64,000 bases of DNA. It comes from a virus. Numbering within the stretch: position 1 is the first letter of the stretch; each line of letters begins with the position of its first letter. The stretch lies in IMG/VR virus record IMGVR_UViG_3300009159_008968, positions 71,410 to 135,409 of that record. One strand, given 5' to 3'. This document shows positions 52,364 through 62,631 of this stretch, piece by piece. Position numbers and translations under genes: made by a program. The notes under the pieces are model-generated. The model was not told the DNA's origin. It did no database searches and saw only the letters and a program-made list of their open reading frames with translations.

Positions 52364-54724
52364 ATGGCAACAACAGTATTTGTTTCACCGGGAGTATACA
52401 CAAGAGAGCAAGATTTTACATTCTTTGCTTCTAGAATAGGTTTAACCAGACTTGGTTTAGTTGGTTTAACCCCTAAGGGACCTGCTTTTGAACCGATAAA
52501 AATTGCTTCATCTGAAGGATTTTCAAACAGATTTGGTAACCCAAATTCTGATTTTCCTTTGACGTATGTTGGATATAGGTTTTTATCACAATCATCTGAA
52601 TTGACTTTAACAAGAGTTTTAGGTCAAGTTGGTTATTCTGGCTCAAACGCATGGGTTATTACATCATCAGCTGATACTCAATATTCATTCTCTTCAACTA
52701 CTCTTGCTGTTTTAAAAAGTAAAAAAGATGCTAATGGTAATTATCATTATAAAAATTCTGGAGATTTAGTATGGGGCGGTGGAGCAAATCAAACATTATT
52801 AAGTGCATTTACTATTACTAGTGCAGTTGGACCATTAACTGGTTATCCGGGTAGTTCGGTTACAGTTTCATTAAATGAAAATGATGATACTTATATTTTA
52901 AAATTAGCTGGTCAAACTCCTAAGAGTTTTGATGGTGATTTAGGATTTTATGTAGATTTGATTACTCCTCATTTGATTAGACAATCGGCTGCATCAGCAA
53001 CCACAAATAGTCTTGGTACTAATATGACATCATCAGGTTTTGTGTTTAAATCTACATCGCCATATAAAGATTATACTGAAGGTTTCAAAAATTCAATTAC
53101 ACCTATGATTGTAGGTCAGGTTGTTGGTAATTCAGTAAGAGATTTATTTAAAGTAGAAACTATTTCTGATGGAGATGCTTCTGCAGAGGAGATAAAGGTT
53201 TCTTTTGCAAATATTGATCCTACAAACAATACATTTGATGTTGTTGTAAGAAGATTTTATGATACTGATGCTACAACATTAACTAGTGGAAGATTAGAAT
53301 TATTCCGCCAATGTACTATGGATAGAACTAAGCCAAACTTTGTCGGTAAGGCTATTGGTACAACTGATGAGATTTATCCAAGACTATCTAACTATATAAC
53401 AATCACTTTAGCTGATAACTTCCCTCAAGATCAAGTTCCTGCAGGTTTCAAAGGTTATCCAGTAAGATCAGGTACAAGTTCTAATGCTCCTCAGATATTA
53501 TATAAGCAAAATTATGTTGCTACTGATAATATTTCTAAAACTTATTTAGGTTGTTCTGAATTAGCTTATACTGCATTAACATCAAATGTTGTTGGTATTA
53601 AGAGTTCCGTACAAACATTAGAAAAAGATATATTTAAATATAACGGAGCGGATTCGACTGGTGTTATTACAACAAAAGGTTTCCACATGGAAAGTGGAGC
53701 TGATACTAATAACTTCTATGTAGGTAACCAAGCTTCTCTTACCAATTACACTAAACCTGAAAGAAAGTTCACTGTAGCTCCTTATGGTGGTTTTGATGGA
53801 TGGCAACCTTACACAATCCCTACTTTTACTAATGATCTAGCTGATAGCGATAATTTAGATGCATTTAAAGCTTGTATTGATTTAATGGCTCCACCTGAGT
53901 CTGTGGATATTAATGTATTTGCAGCTCCAGATGTAAATTATTATGATAATTTACTTGCTGTAAACTATGCACTTGATATGGTTGAAAATAGAGCTGATTC
54001 TATTTATATTATAGAGAGTCCAAGATTATCTACTGATACAACAAAAGCAACAGCTACTGATGCTGCTTCTGCAATTGAAGAATCAGGTATAGATTCTAGT
54101 TATGCTGCTACTTACTGGCCTTGGATTCAAATTGAAGATCCTACAAGTAATAAGTTTATTTATATTTCTCCTACTGCTGAAGTTGTGAAAAGTATAGCAT
54201 TAACTGATAATATTGCTTACTCTTGGTATGCTCCTGCTGGTTTAAATAGAGGTCAAGTTAATTGTATTAGAGCTGATGTACAATTATCAAGAGATGATCG
54301 TGATACTTTATATGATGCAAATATTAATCCTATTAATACAGTAGCTCAACAAGGTGTAACAATCCAAGGACAAAAAACACTTCAGATTGAACAATCTGCC
54401 CTTGATAGAATTAACGTTAGAAGATTATTCTTACAAATAAGAAGATTAGTTGCAGCTGCATCACAAACATTATTGTTTGAACCTAATGATCAAACTGTAC
54501 GTGACCAATTCTTGGCTAAGGTTGAACCATTGTTATTACAAATTCAAAATCAGAGAGGTATATTTGCTTATAAAGTTACAGTTGATGATTTTAATACTGC
54601 AACTGAAGATTCTGACAGAAATACTTTAACAGGTAAAATTGCAATTAAACCTACTCCAGCATTAGAATTCGTTGATTTAACTTTCCAAGTTCTTCCTACT
54701 GGAGCAAATTTTGAAGATTTCTAA
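52364..54724 (+). CDS. gp18: Tail sheath protein 1, T4 gp18-like
   Basis: SPGVYTREQD, YAATYWPW, WYAPAGLNRG, LYDANINPI, GQKTLQ and DRINVRRL motifs. Confidence 0.95.
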   Translation: MATTVFVSPGVYTREQDFTFFASRIGLTRLGLVGLTPKGPAFEPIKIASSEGFSNRFGNPNSDFPLTYVGYRFLSQSSELTLTRVLGQVGYSGSNAWVITSSADTQYSFSSTTLAVLKSKKDANGNYHYKNSGDLVWGGGANQTLLSAFTITSAVGPLTGYPGSSVTVSLNENDDTYILKLAGQTPKSFDGDLGFYVDLITPHLIRQSAASATTNSLGTNMTSSGFVFKSTSPYKDYTEGFKNSITPMIVGQVVGNSVRDLFKVETISDGDASAEEIKVSFANIDPTNNTFDVVVRRFYDTDATTLTSGRLELFRQCTMDRTKPNFVGKAIGTTDEIYPRLSNYITITLADNFPQDQVPAGFKGYPVRSGTSSNAPQILYKQNYVATDNISKTYLGCSELAYTALTSNVVGIKSSVQTLEKDIFKYNGADSTGVITTKGFHMESGADTNNFYVGNQASLTNYTKPERKFTVAPYGGFDGWQPYTIPTFTNDLADSDNLDAFKACIDLMAPPESVDINVFAAPDVNYYDNLLAVNYALDMVENRADSIYIIESPRLSTDTTKATATDAASAIEESGIDSSYAATYWPWIQIEDPTSNKFIYISPTAEVVKSIALTDNIAYSWYAPAGLNRGQVNCIRADVQLSRDDRDTLYDANINPINTVAQQGVTIQGQKTLQIEQSALDRINVRRLFLQIRRLVAAASQTLLFEPNDQTVRDQFLAKVEPLLLQIQNQRGIFAYKVTVDDFNTATEDSDRNTLTGKIAIKPTPALEFVDLTFQVLPTGANFEDF

Positions 54725-54788
54725 AATTAAAATTAAAATTTAGAATTGATTAAAAAAAAATAAACAAAAAATAAAAAATATAAAATAA

Positions 54789-57149
54789 ATGGCAACAACA
54801 GTATTTGTTTCACCGGGTGTATATACAAGAGAACAGGATTTTACATTCTTTGCCTCTAGAATCGGAATAACCAGATTAGGAATGGTTGGTTTAACAACCA
54901 AAGGACCTGCTTTCGAACCTATTAAAGTACCATCTCAAGAAAGTTTCCTTTTTAGATTTGGTGGTACTAATCCAGAATATCCACTTCCTTATGTGGCTAA
55001 TGCATTTTTGGGTCAGTCTTCTGAGTTAACAATGACAAGAGTTTTGGGTAAGGAAGGATTTACTAACTCTGCGGCTTGGTTAATGACAAGCGATGATGAC
55101 AATTCAACATTAGTTGTTATAAGAAGTAAATATGATTATAATTTAAATAGTTTTATATATACTTCATCAGCCTCATCAACTTCAAATGGGTTAAACATTT
55201 CAACTTCTACTCCATTTAGTCCTCTAGCTTCGTTTACTATTAGTGGTGGTTCAGCTACTCCTTTGTCTGCTTATACAAATGGTTTAACTGTTACATTGGA
55301 TGAATCACAAAAAAGTTATATTGTAAATGCATTAGGAACTAATCCTGTAAATACAGCAGGTGATCTTGGATTGTTTGTTGATATTATTACTCCTCACTTT
55401 ATAAGACAAGCATATTCTGCAAGTACTTTAACAAATGTTAATGGATTTACTTTTATAGGTCCTTCCCTTCCTAATTATGATAGATATTCTGATTATACAG
55501 AAGCTTATAAGAACTCTAATACTCCAATGATTGTATCAAAAGTAATTGGTTCTTCTGTTAGAGATATGTTTTATTTTGAAACTATATCTGATGGTAATGC
55601 TTCTGCTAATGAAATAAAAATTTCAATTGCTAATATTGATGATATAAATAAAGTATTTGATGTTGTAGTTAGAAAATTTGATGATACTGATGCTAATACT
55701 TTAACGAATGGTAGATTAGAGTTGTATAGAGGTCTTACAATGGACGATACTCAACCTAACTTTATCGGTAAAGCAATTGGTACAACAGATGAAACTTATC
55801 CTAGACAATCTCAGTATGTAACTGTTACATTTGCTGATAATTTTCCAAGAAATACAGTTCCTGCAGGGTTTAAAGGTTATTATTTAAGAGATAATCCTCA
55901 CAATAGTATTATTCCTGCAAACTTGTTATACAAAACAGGATATACAGCAACGGATACAGTTTCTAAAACTTACTTAGGTATATCTGAACTTGCTTATACT
56001 TTATTCACTCCAGAATTAGTTGGAAGAAAATTATCTATTCAATCAATTGAAAAAGATGTTTTCAAAAATCAAGGTGCAGTAACAACTGGTACAACTCAAA
56101 TTAAAGGTTTCCACTTGGAAAGTGGAGCTACTAATGTAGAATATGTAACAGGTGCAAAGGGTTCAATTAGTGATTATACAAAAGCTCAAGCTAAATTTAC
56201 TGTAGTTCCTGCTGGTGGTTTTGATGGATGGGATCAATTTAGAATGCCAACATTTACAGATGATGCAGTTGATGCTTTTAACGTACAAGCATTTAAAGAT
56301 GCAATAGATTTAATGTCTGTACCTGAAACAGTTGATGTTAACTTATTTGCTACTCCGGATTGTAATTGGTTAGATCACTATGGTGTTGTAGAATATGGTA
56401 TCTCTATGGTTGAAAATAGAGCTGATGCTGTATATATAATTGATGCTCCTCGTTATGCTTCTGATGGAAGTCAAGATAGTGCAGCTATTGCAACAGATCT
56501 TCAAGGTACAGGTATAGATTCTAACTATAGTGCAACTTACTGGCCATGGATTCAAATTTTTGATGCATCATATCAACAATTCGTATTTACTTCTCCTACT
56601 GCTCAAGTAGTAAAGAATATAGCATTAACTGATAACGTTGCTTATCCTTGGTTCGCACCTGCTGGATTAACAAGAGGTAAAGTTAATTGTGTCAAAGCTG
56701 ATGTTAAATTAACCAGAGATGATAGAGATAATCTTTATGATGTAAATATCAATCCTATTAATACTACAATTTCTGAAGGTGTAACAATCCAAGGACAAAA
56801 AACACTTCAAGTTAAGCAATCTGCTCTTGATAGAATCAACGTAAGAAGATTATTGTTACAAGTTCGTAGATTAATTGCTGCAGCTTCTCAGACGCTTTTA
56901 TTTGAGCCTAATGACCAAACTGTACGTGATCAGTTTTTAGCTAAGGTTGAACCTTTGTTGTTACAAATTCAAAACCAAAGAGGTCTTGCTGCATTCAGAG
57001 TTGTTGTAGACGATTTCAACACAGCTTCTGTTGATTCTGACAGAAATACTTTAACAGGTAAGATTCAAATTAAACCTACTCCAGCATTAGAATTTATCGA
57101 TTTAACTTTCCAAGTTCTTCCTACTGGAGCAAACTTTGAAGATTTCTAA
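54789..57149 (+). CDS. gp18: Tail sheath protein 2, T4 gp18-like
   Basis: Same motifs and same 786-aa length as copy 1. Confidence 0.95.
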   Translation: MATTVFVSPGVYTREQDFTFFASRIGITRLGMVGLTTKGPAFEPIKVPSQESFLFRFGGTNPEYPLPYVANAFLGQSSELTMTRVLGKEGFTNSAAWLMTSDDDNSTLVVIRSKYDYNLNSFIYTSSASSTSNGLNISTSTPFSPLASFTISGGSATPLSAYTNGLTVTLDESQKSYIVNALGTNPVNTAGDLGLFVDIITPHFIRQAYSASTLTNVNGFTFIGPSLPNYDRYSDYTEAYKNSNTPMIVSKVIGSSVRDMFYFETISDGNASANEIKISIANIDDINKVFDVVVRKFDDTDANTLTNGRLELYRGLTMDDTQPNFIGKAIGTTDETYPRQSQYVTVTFADNFPRNTVPAGFKGYYLRDNPHNSIIPANLLYKTGYTATDTVSKTYLGISELAYTLFTPELVGRKLSIQSIEKDVFKNQGAVTTGTTQIKGFHLESGATNVEYVTGAKGSISDYTKAQAKFTVVPAGGFDGWDQFRMPTFTDDAVDAFNVQAFKDAIDLMSVPETVDVNLFATPDCNWLDHYGVVEYGISMVENRADAVYIIDAPRYASDGSQDSAAIATDLQGTGIDSNYSATYWPWIQIFDASYQQFVFTSPTAQVVKNIALTDNVAYPWFAPAGLTRGKVNCVKADVKLTRDDRDNLYDVNINPINTTISEGVTIQGQKTLQVKQSALDRINVRRLLLQVRRLIAAASQTLLFEPNDQTVRDQFLAKVEPLLLQIQNQRGLAAFRVVVDDFNTASVDSDRNTLTGKIQIKPTPALEFIDLTFQVLPTGANFEDF

Positions 57150-57171
57150 AAATAGATTTTAATAATAGTTT

Positions 57172-57200
57172 AAAGCGAGATCCTAAATGGATCTCGTTTT
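57172..57200. terminator. Terminator hairpin after sheath 2
   Basis: AAAGCGAGATCC-TAAAT-GGATCTCGTTTT. Confidence 0.75.
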
Positions 57201-59031
57201 ATTTTATATCCATTTCAAATCTAATATTACCACAATCCCAAATTCTATCCATTTTAAGAGTTTGTGCCAATTCCCATTCAGTCATAGATAAAATAATATC
57301 TTCTTTGTTTTCAATTAATTTTAAAATCTTTTTCTTATTAAAAGTAAATCTATGATACCTTTTCAAATAATCCCCTTTTTTAAAATACCAATAACTTGGA
57401 GGTGTAAATTTTATGAAATTGAAATTGTTTTTTATATAAACTGTTTTTTCTATGTCTAATCCGGACCATCTACAATCAGCAAAAGTTAAAATAAAATTTG
57501 GGTTATAGTTTTTTATAAAAAAATTTAAAAGTTTACTAAAACCACCTACAATATTGTAATCTATCTTACTACAAAATCTTGATAATTCCCAGCTATTGTC
57601 TTTTTTCTTGTAATCACCCATCCAATTTCTCAATTTAATGAATGTTATAAGTGAAATTAATTCTTCATTATAATATAGTCCTAATCTTATTTCATCAACG
57701 GTATCACCTTGTATGTGATTGTTATTTAAAAATAATCTTTTTTCTTCTAAGTTAACAATTTTTATTTCACATTTTCTAGCAAATATTTTTTTATCTATCA
57801 ACCCAAGAGAGTTTTTTATTTTACTTTTAATTATGTTTTTATTAAAAATCCATTCATCTTCAAATATGTGAATTAATTTAATGTTTTTACTATAACAATC
57901 TTTTGTTTTATTAAGATGATAATTTCTGTCTTTAGTTCCTCCTATTTCCGAATGATAATAATTTCCATTTAATTCTATCGCCAGTGATTTACTTTCAATG
58001 TAAAAATCTAATTCAAATGGTGTAATAATCCTAGTATTATTTTCACTGAATTTATTTTCAAAGCCTAATTCAATTAAAAAATTTCTGAATTCTTGATGCA
58101 ATTTATTATTCTTATAAACCGGATAACAAACTCTACAAACTGGTGGTCTGTTATTTGAAAATGTACCGTCAAATTCCGTGTTACATTTATTACATTTAAA
58201 TTTATATACTTTATATCCTTCTTCCCCTCTCAATCCTTCATATTCTGATAAAAGTTCTAAATCATTATTTTTAATTTTATTAATTAGAATACTTTCTGGA
58301 AATTTATCATAGTATGATAATTTTATTTTTTCTTTTATTTTGTCATTCTTAGTAGCGTTTTCAAACCCATACTTTTTTAAATTGGTTTGATCTTTTTTGT
58401 TTTTTATTTCTTGATTTTGAATAGGATTTTCAACTCCATATCTCTTTAGATTTGTTTCTTTTTGCTTGTTTAATATATCCTCATTTTGAATTGCAAAATC
58501 AACTCCGAATTTTTCAAAAGTGGTTGTTTTAGCTTTATCCCTGTTATTAAAATTTTCATCATCATACTTAGCTTTTTTCGTAACTTTCGCTTTATCTCTT
58601 ATTTTATCAACAGAAAGAGTATGTTCAAAACCATACTTTAATAAATTAGTTTTTTTGGCTTTATCATAATTAACATAGTTTTCATCACCATACTTTTCAA
58701 TTTTAGTTTTTTTAATTTTCTCTTTGACTTCATCAAGCATTAAACTGGATTTTACTCCATATTTTTCCAAAACTGCTTTAGATGAATTTTCTAATCTTTG
58801 TTTTTTATTTTCCGGTCTTAGAGCCCATTTTTTTCTACATTCATCTGAACAAAGTTTATTTGTTGTTTTTTTCCTTACTGAAAATATTTGATTACATTCT
58901 AAACAATTTCTATCTTCTCTAGAGTTAATTCTTTTTAATTCATCTGCACAGATTCTGGAGCAAGTTTTTCTCTCAATATTTTTTTCATTTTTACAAATTG
59001 GACATTTATCTTTCAAATTTAAGTTATTCAT
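57199..59031 (-). CDS. Hef-like homing endonuclease (KYG repeats, Vsr-like nuclease domain, C-terminal domain)
   Basis: PFELDFYI..LAIELNGNYYHSE, LIHIFEDEW, IFARKC, WELSRFCSK and RIWDCG motifs. Confidence 0.8.
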   Translation of the reverse strand: MNNLNLKDKCPICKNEKNIERKTCSRICADELKRINSREDRNCLECNQIFSVRKKTTNKLCSDECRKKWALRPENKKQRLENSSKAVLEKYGVKSSLMLDEVKEKIKKTKIEKYGDENYVNYDKAKKTNLLKYGFEHTLSVDKIRDKAKVTKKAKYDDENFNNRDKAKTTTFEKFGVDFAIQNEDILNKQKETNLKRYGVENPIQNQEIKNKKDQTNLKKYGFENATKNDKIKEKIKLSYYDKFPESILINKIKNNDLELLSEYEGLRGEEGYKVYKFKCNKCNTEFDGTFSNNRPPVCRVCYPVYKNNKLHQEFRNFLIELGFENKFSENNTRIITPFELDFYIESKSLAIELNGNYYHSEIGGTKDRNYHLNKTKDCYSKNIKLIHIFEDEWIFNKNIIKSKIKNSLGLIDKKIFARKCEIKIVNLEEKRLFLNNNHIQGDTVDEIRLGLYYNEELISLITFIKLRNWMGDYKKKDNSWELSRFCSKIDYNIVGGFSKLLNFFIKNYNPNFILTFADCRWSGLDIEKTVYIKNNFNFIKFTPPSYWYFKKGDYLKRYHRFTFNKKKILKLIENKEDIILSMTEWELAQTLKMDRIWDCGNIRFEMDIK

Positions 59032-59118
59032 ACGCTTGAGTTTGTAAACATAATTATAAGTAAAAATATTTAAAAATAAAATTATTTACTAATTTTTTTA
59101 AAGAATTATTTTTAATAA

Positions 59119-59463
59119 ATGTCAAATTCCATTAAGGAAATTTATTTAATGTTTGTTCCAGAATTGAATATTTGTAAAATTGGTTTAAGTAACAATTCAA
59201 AAAAAAGGATAAAACAATTACAAACGGGATGTCCATATCAAATTAATTTGACCAAAATATACAGAACAGAATTAGCTGCTAAAGTAGAAAAAATATTACA
59301 TAGACATTTCAGAACCAGAAAAGTAGATCAACAAGATTATAATTTAACCGGAGAATGGTTTAGGTTAGATATTGATCAGATAATCAATTTTGAACAGATG
59401 TGTAAAGAGTTTGAGGATAATATTATTTATTTAAAAAGTCAAAATAATCCTTTTATATTATAA
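59119..59463 (+). CDS. GIY-YIG nuclease (T5orf172-like)
   Basis: IYLM..CKIGLS..KKRIKQLQTGCP, EKILHRHF and GEWF motifs. Confidence 0.8.
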   Translation: MSNSIKEIYLMFVPELNICKIGLSNNSKKRIKQLQTGCPYQINLTKIYRTELAAKVEKILHRHFRTRKVDQQDYNLTGEWFRLDIDQIINFEQMCKEFEDNIIYLKSQNNPFIL

Positions 59464-61155
59464 GTCCAATACAAATTTCATACTACCACAATCCCAAATT
59501 CTATCCATTCTATTCTTTTTAGCAATTTGCCATTCTGTTAGTTCTGGTTTTTCGTTAAATAATTTGATTAGCTTTTGTTTATTGTATTTAAAACGATGAT
59601 ACCTTATAAAATAATTACTTTTTTCAAAGTAAAAATAATTGGGTTTAGTTGTATTGATATATTCAAAATTACATTTATGATAAACTGTTTTTTCTGGATT
59701 TAAACCACTCCAACGACAGTCGGCATAAGTGAAAATTTGTTTAATATCTGGATTATTCTTTTTGAAATGATTTAATAATTTTTCAAATCCACCAATAACA
59801 TTATAATCTATTTTAGAACAAAAACGTGATAATTCAACTGATTGATTATTATTTTCATTATTCTTTAATCTATTTCCTAATGCTAATCTGGGCTTGCAGA
59901 AAGTCATTACTGAAACTAATTTATCCTCATAGAATAGACCATAACTTTTAAAATTTACATCATTACCTTGTATATGATTTTCTTCTAAAAATATCTTTTT
60001 TTGAAGGAATGATATTTCTTCTATTTTACAATTTCTTGCAAAAATTTTATTAGGAGTTAAATTCAAATAATTTTTTATTCTACTCTTAACAATATCTTTT
60101 TTAAACATCCATTCATCTTCAAAAATATGAATCAGCTTTATATCTTTAAAATTACACAATTGAGATTTTCTCAAATGATAGTTTGGTAGTTTATTTCCGG
60201 CCATTTCAGAGTTAAAATAATTACCGTTTAATTGAAGAACTGCACTGTATTTCTCTAGATAAAAATTTAATTCTAATGGATAAATAATTTCTTTTGTATT
60301 TTCAATGTATTCTAAATTGAGTGAATTCAAAAATTCTTTAAATTCAATTTGTTGTTTCGCAATACTCGTTAATGGATAACACCTTCTACAGATGGGTATA
60401 GAGTCAAACGACCATTCAAAAATATTATCACATAAATTACAGGTTAATTGATATTTAATATTTTTTGTTTTTTTATTCTCATTTATATCAAATTTTAAAT
60501 CATTCTTTGCAATAATTTCTTTTATTTTATTTGTTTTATTTGATTTTTGAATATTTAAATAAAGATCAGAACTAAAATAATAATCAGATTTAAATCTTTC
60601 TTGATTCAATTTTTTTAATTTATCCCTACACTCATTTGTTTGTACTGTATAATCAACTCCGTATTTTTCTCTATTTGTTTTTTTTAACTTATCTAGGGAT
60701 TCTTTTGTTTGAAGATGATGATCTACGTTATACTTTTCTTTAATTGTACTTTTTGCTTTCTCTCTATTATTGAAATTAGGATCATTGTACTTTGACAATT
60801 TTGTTTGATCTGATTTTTTTTTATAATCTTTTATTTGAGAAGGATGTTCCACATCATATTTTTCTTTTAAAGAAGATTTTATTTTTTCATAGTTGTTATA
60901 ATTCTCATCTCCATATTTTTCTTTTTTTATTTGTTTTAAATTATCATAATAATTTTCAGTTTCAAAAAAACTCTTCTTACCATATTTTTTTTCTATGGAT
61001 TCAAAAGTTTTTTTCATTCTTTCATCTTTATGATTCTTTTTATATAACTCAGTACATTCTTCGCTACAGTTCTTTTTGTTTTTTTTGTTTCCAGCATCAA
61101 ATTCCTTTTTACAGGTTTCGCAAACTTTAACTCGTTGAATCTTAGGTCTTCCCAT
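59458..61155 (-). CDS. Hef-like endonuclease paralog with altered catalytic-motif residues
   Basis: Paralog of 57199..59031; probable start MGRPK at 61155; motif reads PLELNFYL..VLQLNGNYFNSE. Confidence 0.75.
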   Translation of the reverse strand: MGRPKIQRVKVCETCKKEFDAGNKKNKKNCSEECTELYKKNHKDERMKKTFESIEKKYGKKSFFETENYYDNLKQIKKEKYGDENYNNYEKIKSSLKEKYDVEHPSQIKDYKKKSDQTKLSKYNDPNFNNREKAKSTIKEKYNVDHHLQTKESLDKLKKTNREKYGVDYTVQTNECRDKLKKLNQERFKSDYYFSSDLYLNIQKSNKTNKIKEIIAKNDLKFDINENKKTKNIKYQLTCNLCDNIFEWSFDSIPICRRCYPLTSIAKQQIEFKEFLNSLNLEYIENTKEIIYPLELNFYLEKYSAVLQLNGNYFNSEMAGNKLPNYHLRKSQLCNFKDIKLIHIFEDEWMFKKDIVKSRIKNYLNLTPNKIFARNCKIEEISFLQKKIFLEENHIQGNDVNFKSYGLFYEDKLVSVMTFCKPRLALGNRLKNNENNNQSVELSRFCSKIDYNVIGGFEKLLNHFKKNNPDIKQIFTYADCRWSGLNPEKTVYHKCNFEYINTTKPNYFYFEKSNYFIRYHRFKYNKQKLIKLFNEKPELTEWQIAKKNRMDRIWDCGSMKFVLDL

Positions 61156-61268
61156 GTTTTTAATAATAACGTACAATATAATGTTCATATAAATATACAT
61201 AAAAAAAACATTAAAAACAAAGAAAAAATTTTTTTACTTTATTTATAAATAAATAAAACTTAAATATC

Positions 61269-61760
61269 ATGCCTACACTAATGTTTAGACCGGTTCCAAT
61301 TGATCAGGAACCAAAAATGAAAAACAGATTCGTTCTTGAATTCCCTACGGAATTAGGAATAGAATCGTATCTAGTTCAGACTTCTAAGAAGCCTTCAATT
61401 TCGATAGACAAAGTAGATATTCCTTACATGAATACTAAAACCTACGTTGCTGCGAAATACGCTTGGGATGAAATGGACGTAACGTTCATCGATGTAATCG
61501 GACCATCTACTACTCAAAAAGTAATGGAGTGGGTTCGTCTTCACGCTGAATCTACAACTGGTAAAATGGGTTACGCAGTTGGTTACAAGAAAAATCTTGT
61601 ATTAAAAGCTCTTGATCCAGTTGGAGTAGAAGTTGAAAAATGGACTCTAGTTGGTTGCCAAATCGTTAAAGCATCTTTTGATGATTACGATTATGGTTCT
61701 GCAGAACTTGCTAAAGTAAGTATCACTATCCAACCTGATAGATGCTTATTATCAGCATAA
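61269..61760 (+). CDS. gp19: Tail tube protein, T4 gp19-like
   Basis: EPK.KNRF, YVAAKYAWDEMDVTF, VMEW, YKKNLVL..LDP.G..VEKW.L.GC motifs. Confidence 0.88.
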   Translation: MPTLMFRPVPIDQEPKMKNRFVLEFPTELGIESYLVQTSKKPSISIDKVDIPYMNTKTYVAAKYAWDEMDVTFIDVIGPSTTQKVMEWVRLHAESTTGKMGYAVGYKKNLVLKALDPVGVEVEKWTLVGCQIVKASFDDYDYGSAELAKVSITIQPDRCLLSA

Positions 61761-61793
61761 TCTGATTAAAAAATTTTCGGTTTCTTATTGTTC

Positions 61794-61823
61794 AGCGACA
61801 CTTGAAAAGGTGTCGCTTTTTTT
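61794..61823 (+). terminator. Intrinsic terminator after the tube gene
   Basis: AGCGACAC-loop-GTGTCGCT plus T run. Confidence 0.75.
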
Positions 61824-61868
61824 ATGTCCTATTCTTTTTTTTCTCTATTTATTTTAAATCTAACACTA

Positions 61869-62270
61869 ATGTCAAAATTAACAATTTACAAAGAGTTTTA
61901 TAGAATAAATTATATAAATGGAGTAAATGATAATTATACATTAATAAATCCTTATGCTCTTTCGGCTTCAACATTCAATTTTGCAACAAATGAATTAATA
62001 GAAAATTTAACTGTTGACTATGAAAGTTTAGGTAGTTATTTTGTCAATTTAAATGGTAGTTTGTATTTCTTTCCAACTGTATACCAGATTGTGTGGTATG
62101 TACAATATTTAAATAACAATATAACAAAACAATTAAAAACTAAATTCATATTTGACCCTATAAATCAAAATTTAATATCTGAGCTTGATATAGAATTTGC
62201 AAAATATGCAAACATTGATTATGAAATTATGGATTCTGTGCCGCTAGAATTTGAAATAAAAACTAATTAA
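61869..62270 (+). CDS. Hypothetical virion protein
   Basis: Probable start is the ATG at 61869, after TATTTAT at 61846..61852. Confidence 0.6.
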   Translation: MSKLTIYKEFYRINYINGVNDNYTLINPYALSASTFNFATNELIENLTVDYESLGSYFVNLNGSLYFFPTVYQIVWYVQYLNNNITKQLKTKFIFDPINQNLISELDIEFAKYANIDYEIMDSVPLEFEIKTN

Positions 62271-62271
62271 A

Positions 62272-62625
62272 ATGAACCAAAAGCCATTCATAATAAAAAG
62301 AAATGATACGTTACCAGAGTTATCAATAAACATTAAAACAAGAAATTGTATTAATGCAGTTATTCCATTTGACTTATCTAATGTTAGTGGTTGCACTTTC
62401 TCTATGGCAGATGAATGTGGGAATATTGTAATTGCTTCTAATCCTGCACAAGTTACAAGTGCATCAGGCGGAACAGTTCAATATAGTTGGCAAAATGGTG
62501 ATACTGGTATGAGTGGAAAATTCCAAGGAGAATTTGAATTGTTTTTTAATGATGGTAAAAAAATATCTATACCTAATCTCGGGGCAATTGAAATTTTTAT
62601 TAGTGAAGATGTTAATAATTTATAA
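62272..62625 (+). CDS. BppU-N-like beta-sandwich virion protein
   Basis: IKRNDTLP.L, FDLS, GTVQYSWQ.GDT..G.F.GEFE..F.DG...SIP motifs. Confidence 0.65.
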   Translation: MNQKPFIIKRNDTLPELSINIKTRNCINAVIPFDLSNVSGCTFSMADECGNIVIASNPAQVTSASGGTVQYSWQNGDTGMSGKFQGEFELFFNDGKKISIPNLGAIEIFISEDVNNL

Positions 62626-62631
62626 AAGAAT

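Noticed and set aside
4549-60792. Numerous short ORFs antisense to or overlapping well-supported genes (e.g. 4549, 6206, 8686, 8915, 9395, 17250, 30473, 35306, 38400, 41773, 53618, 56370, 60792)
   Set aside because: They lie wholly within motif-supported genes, have low-complexity shadow composition and show no independent signals.
52364-61760. Extracellular contractile injection system (Afp/PVC-like), suggested by two sheath genes
   Set aside because: Capsid, scaffold, protease, neck genes, DNA polymerase and tRNAs show this is a complete phage.
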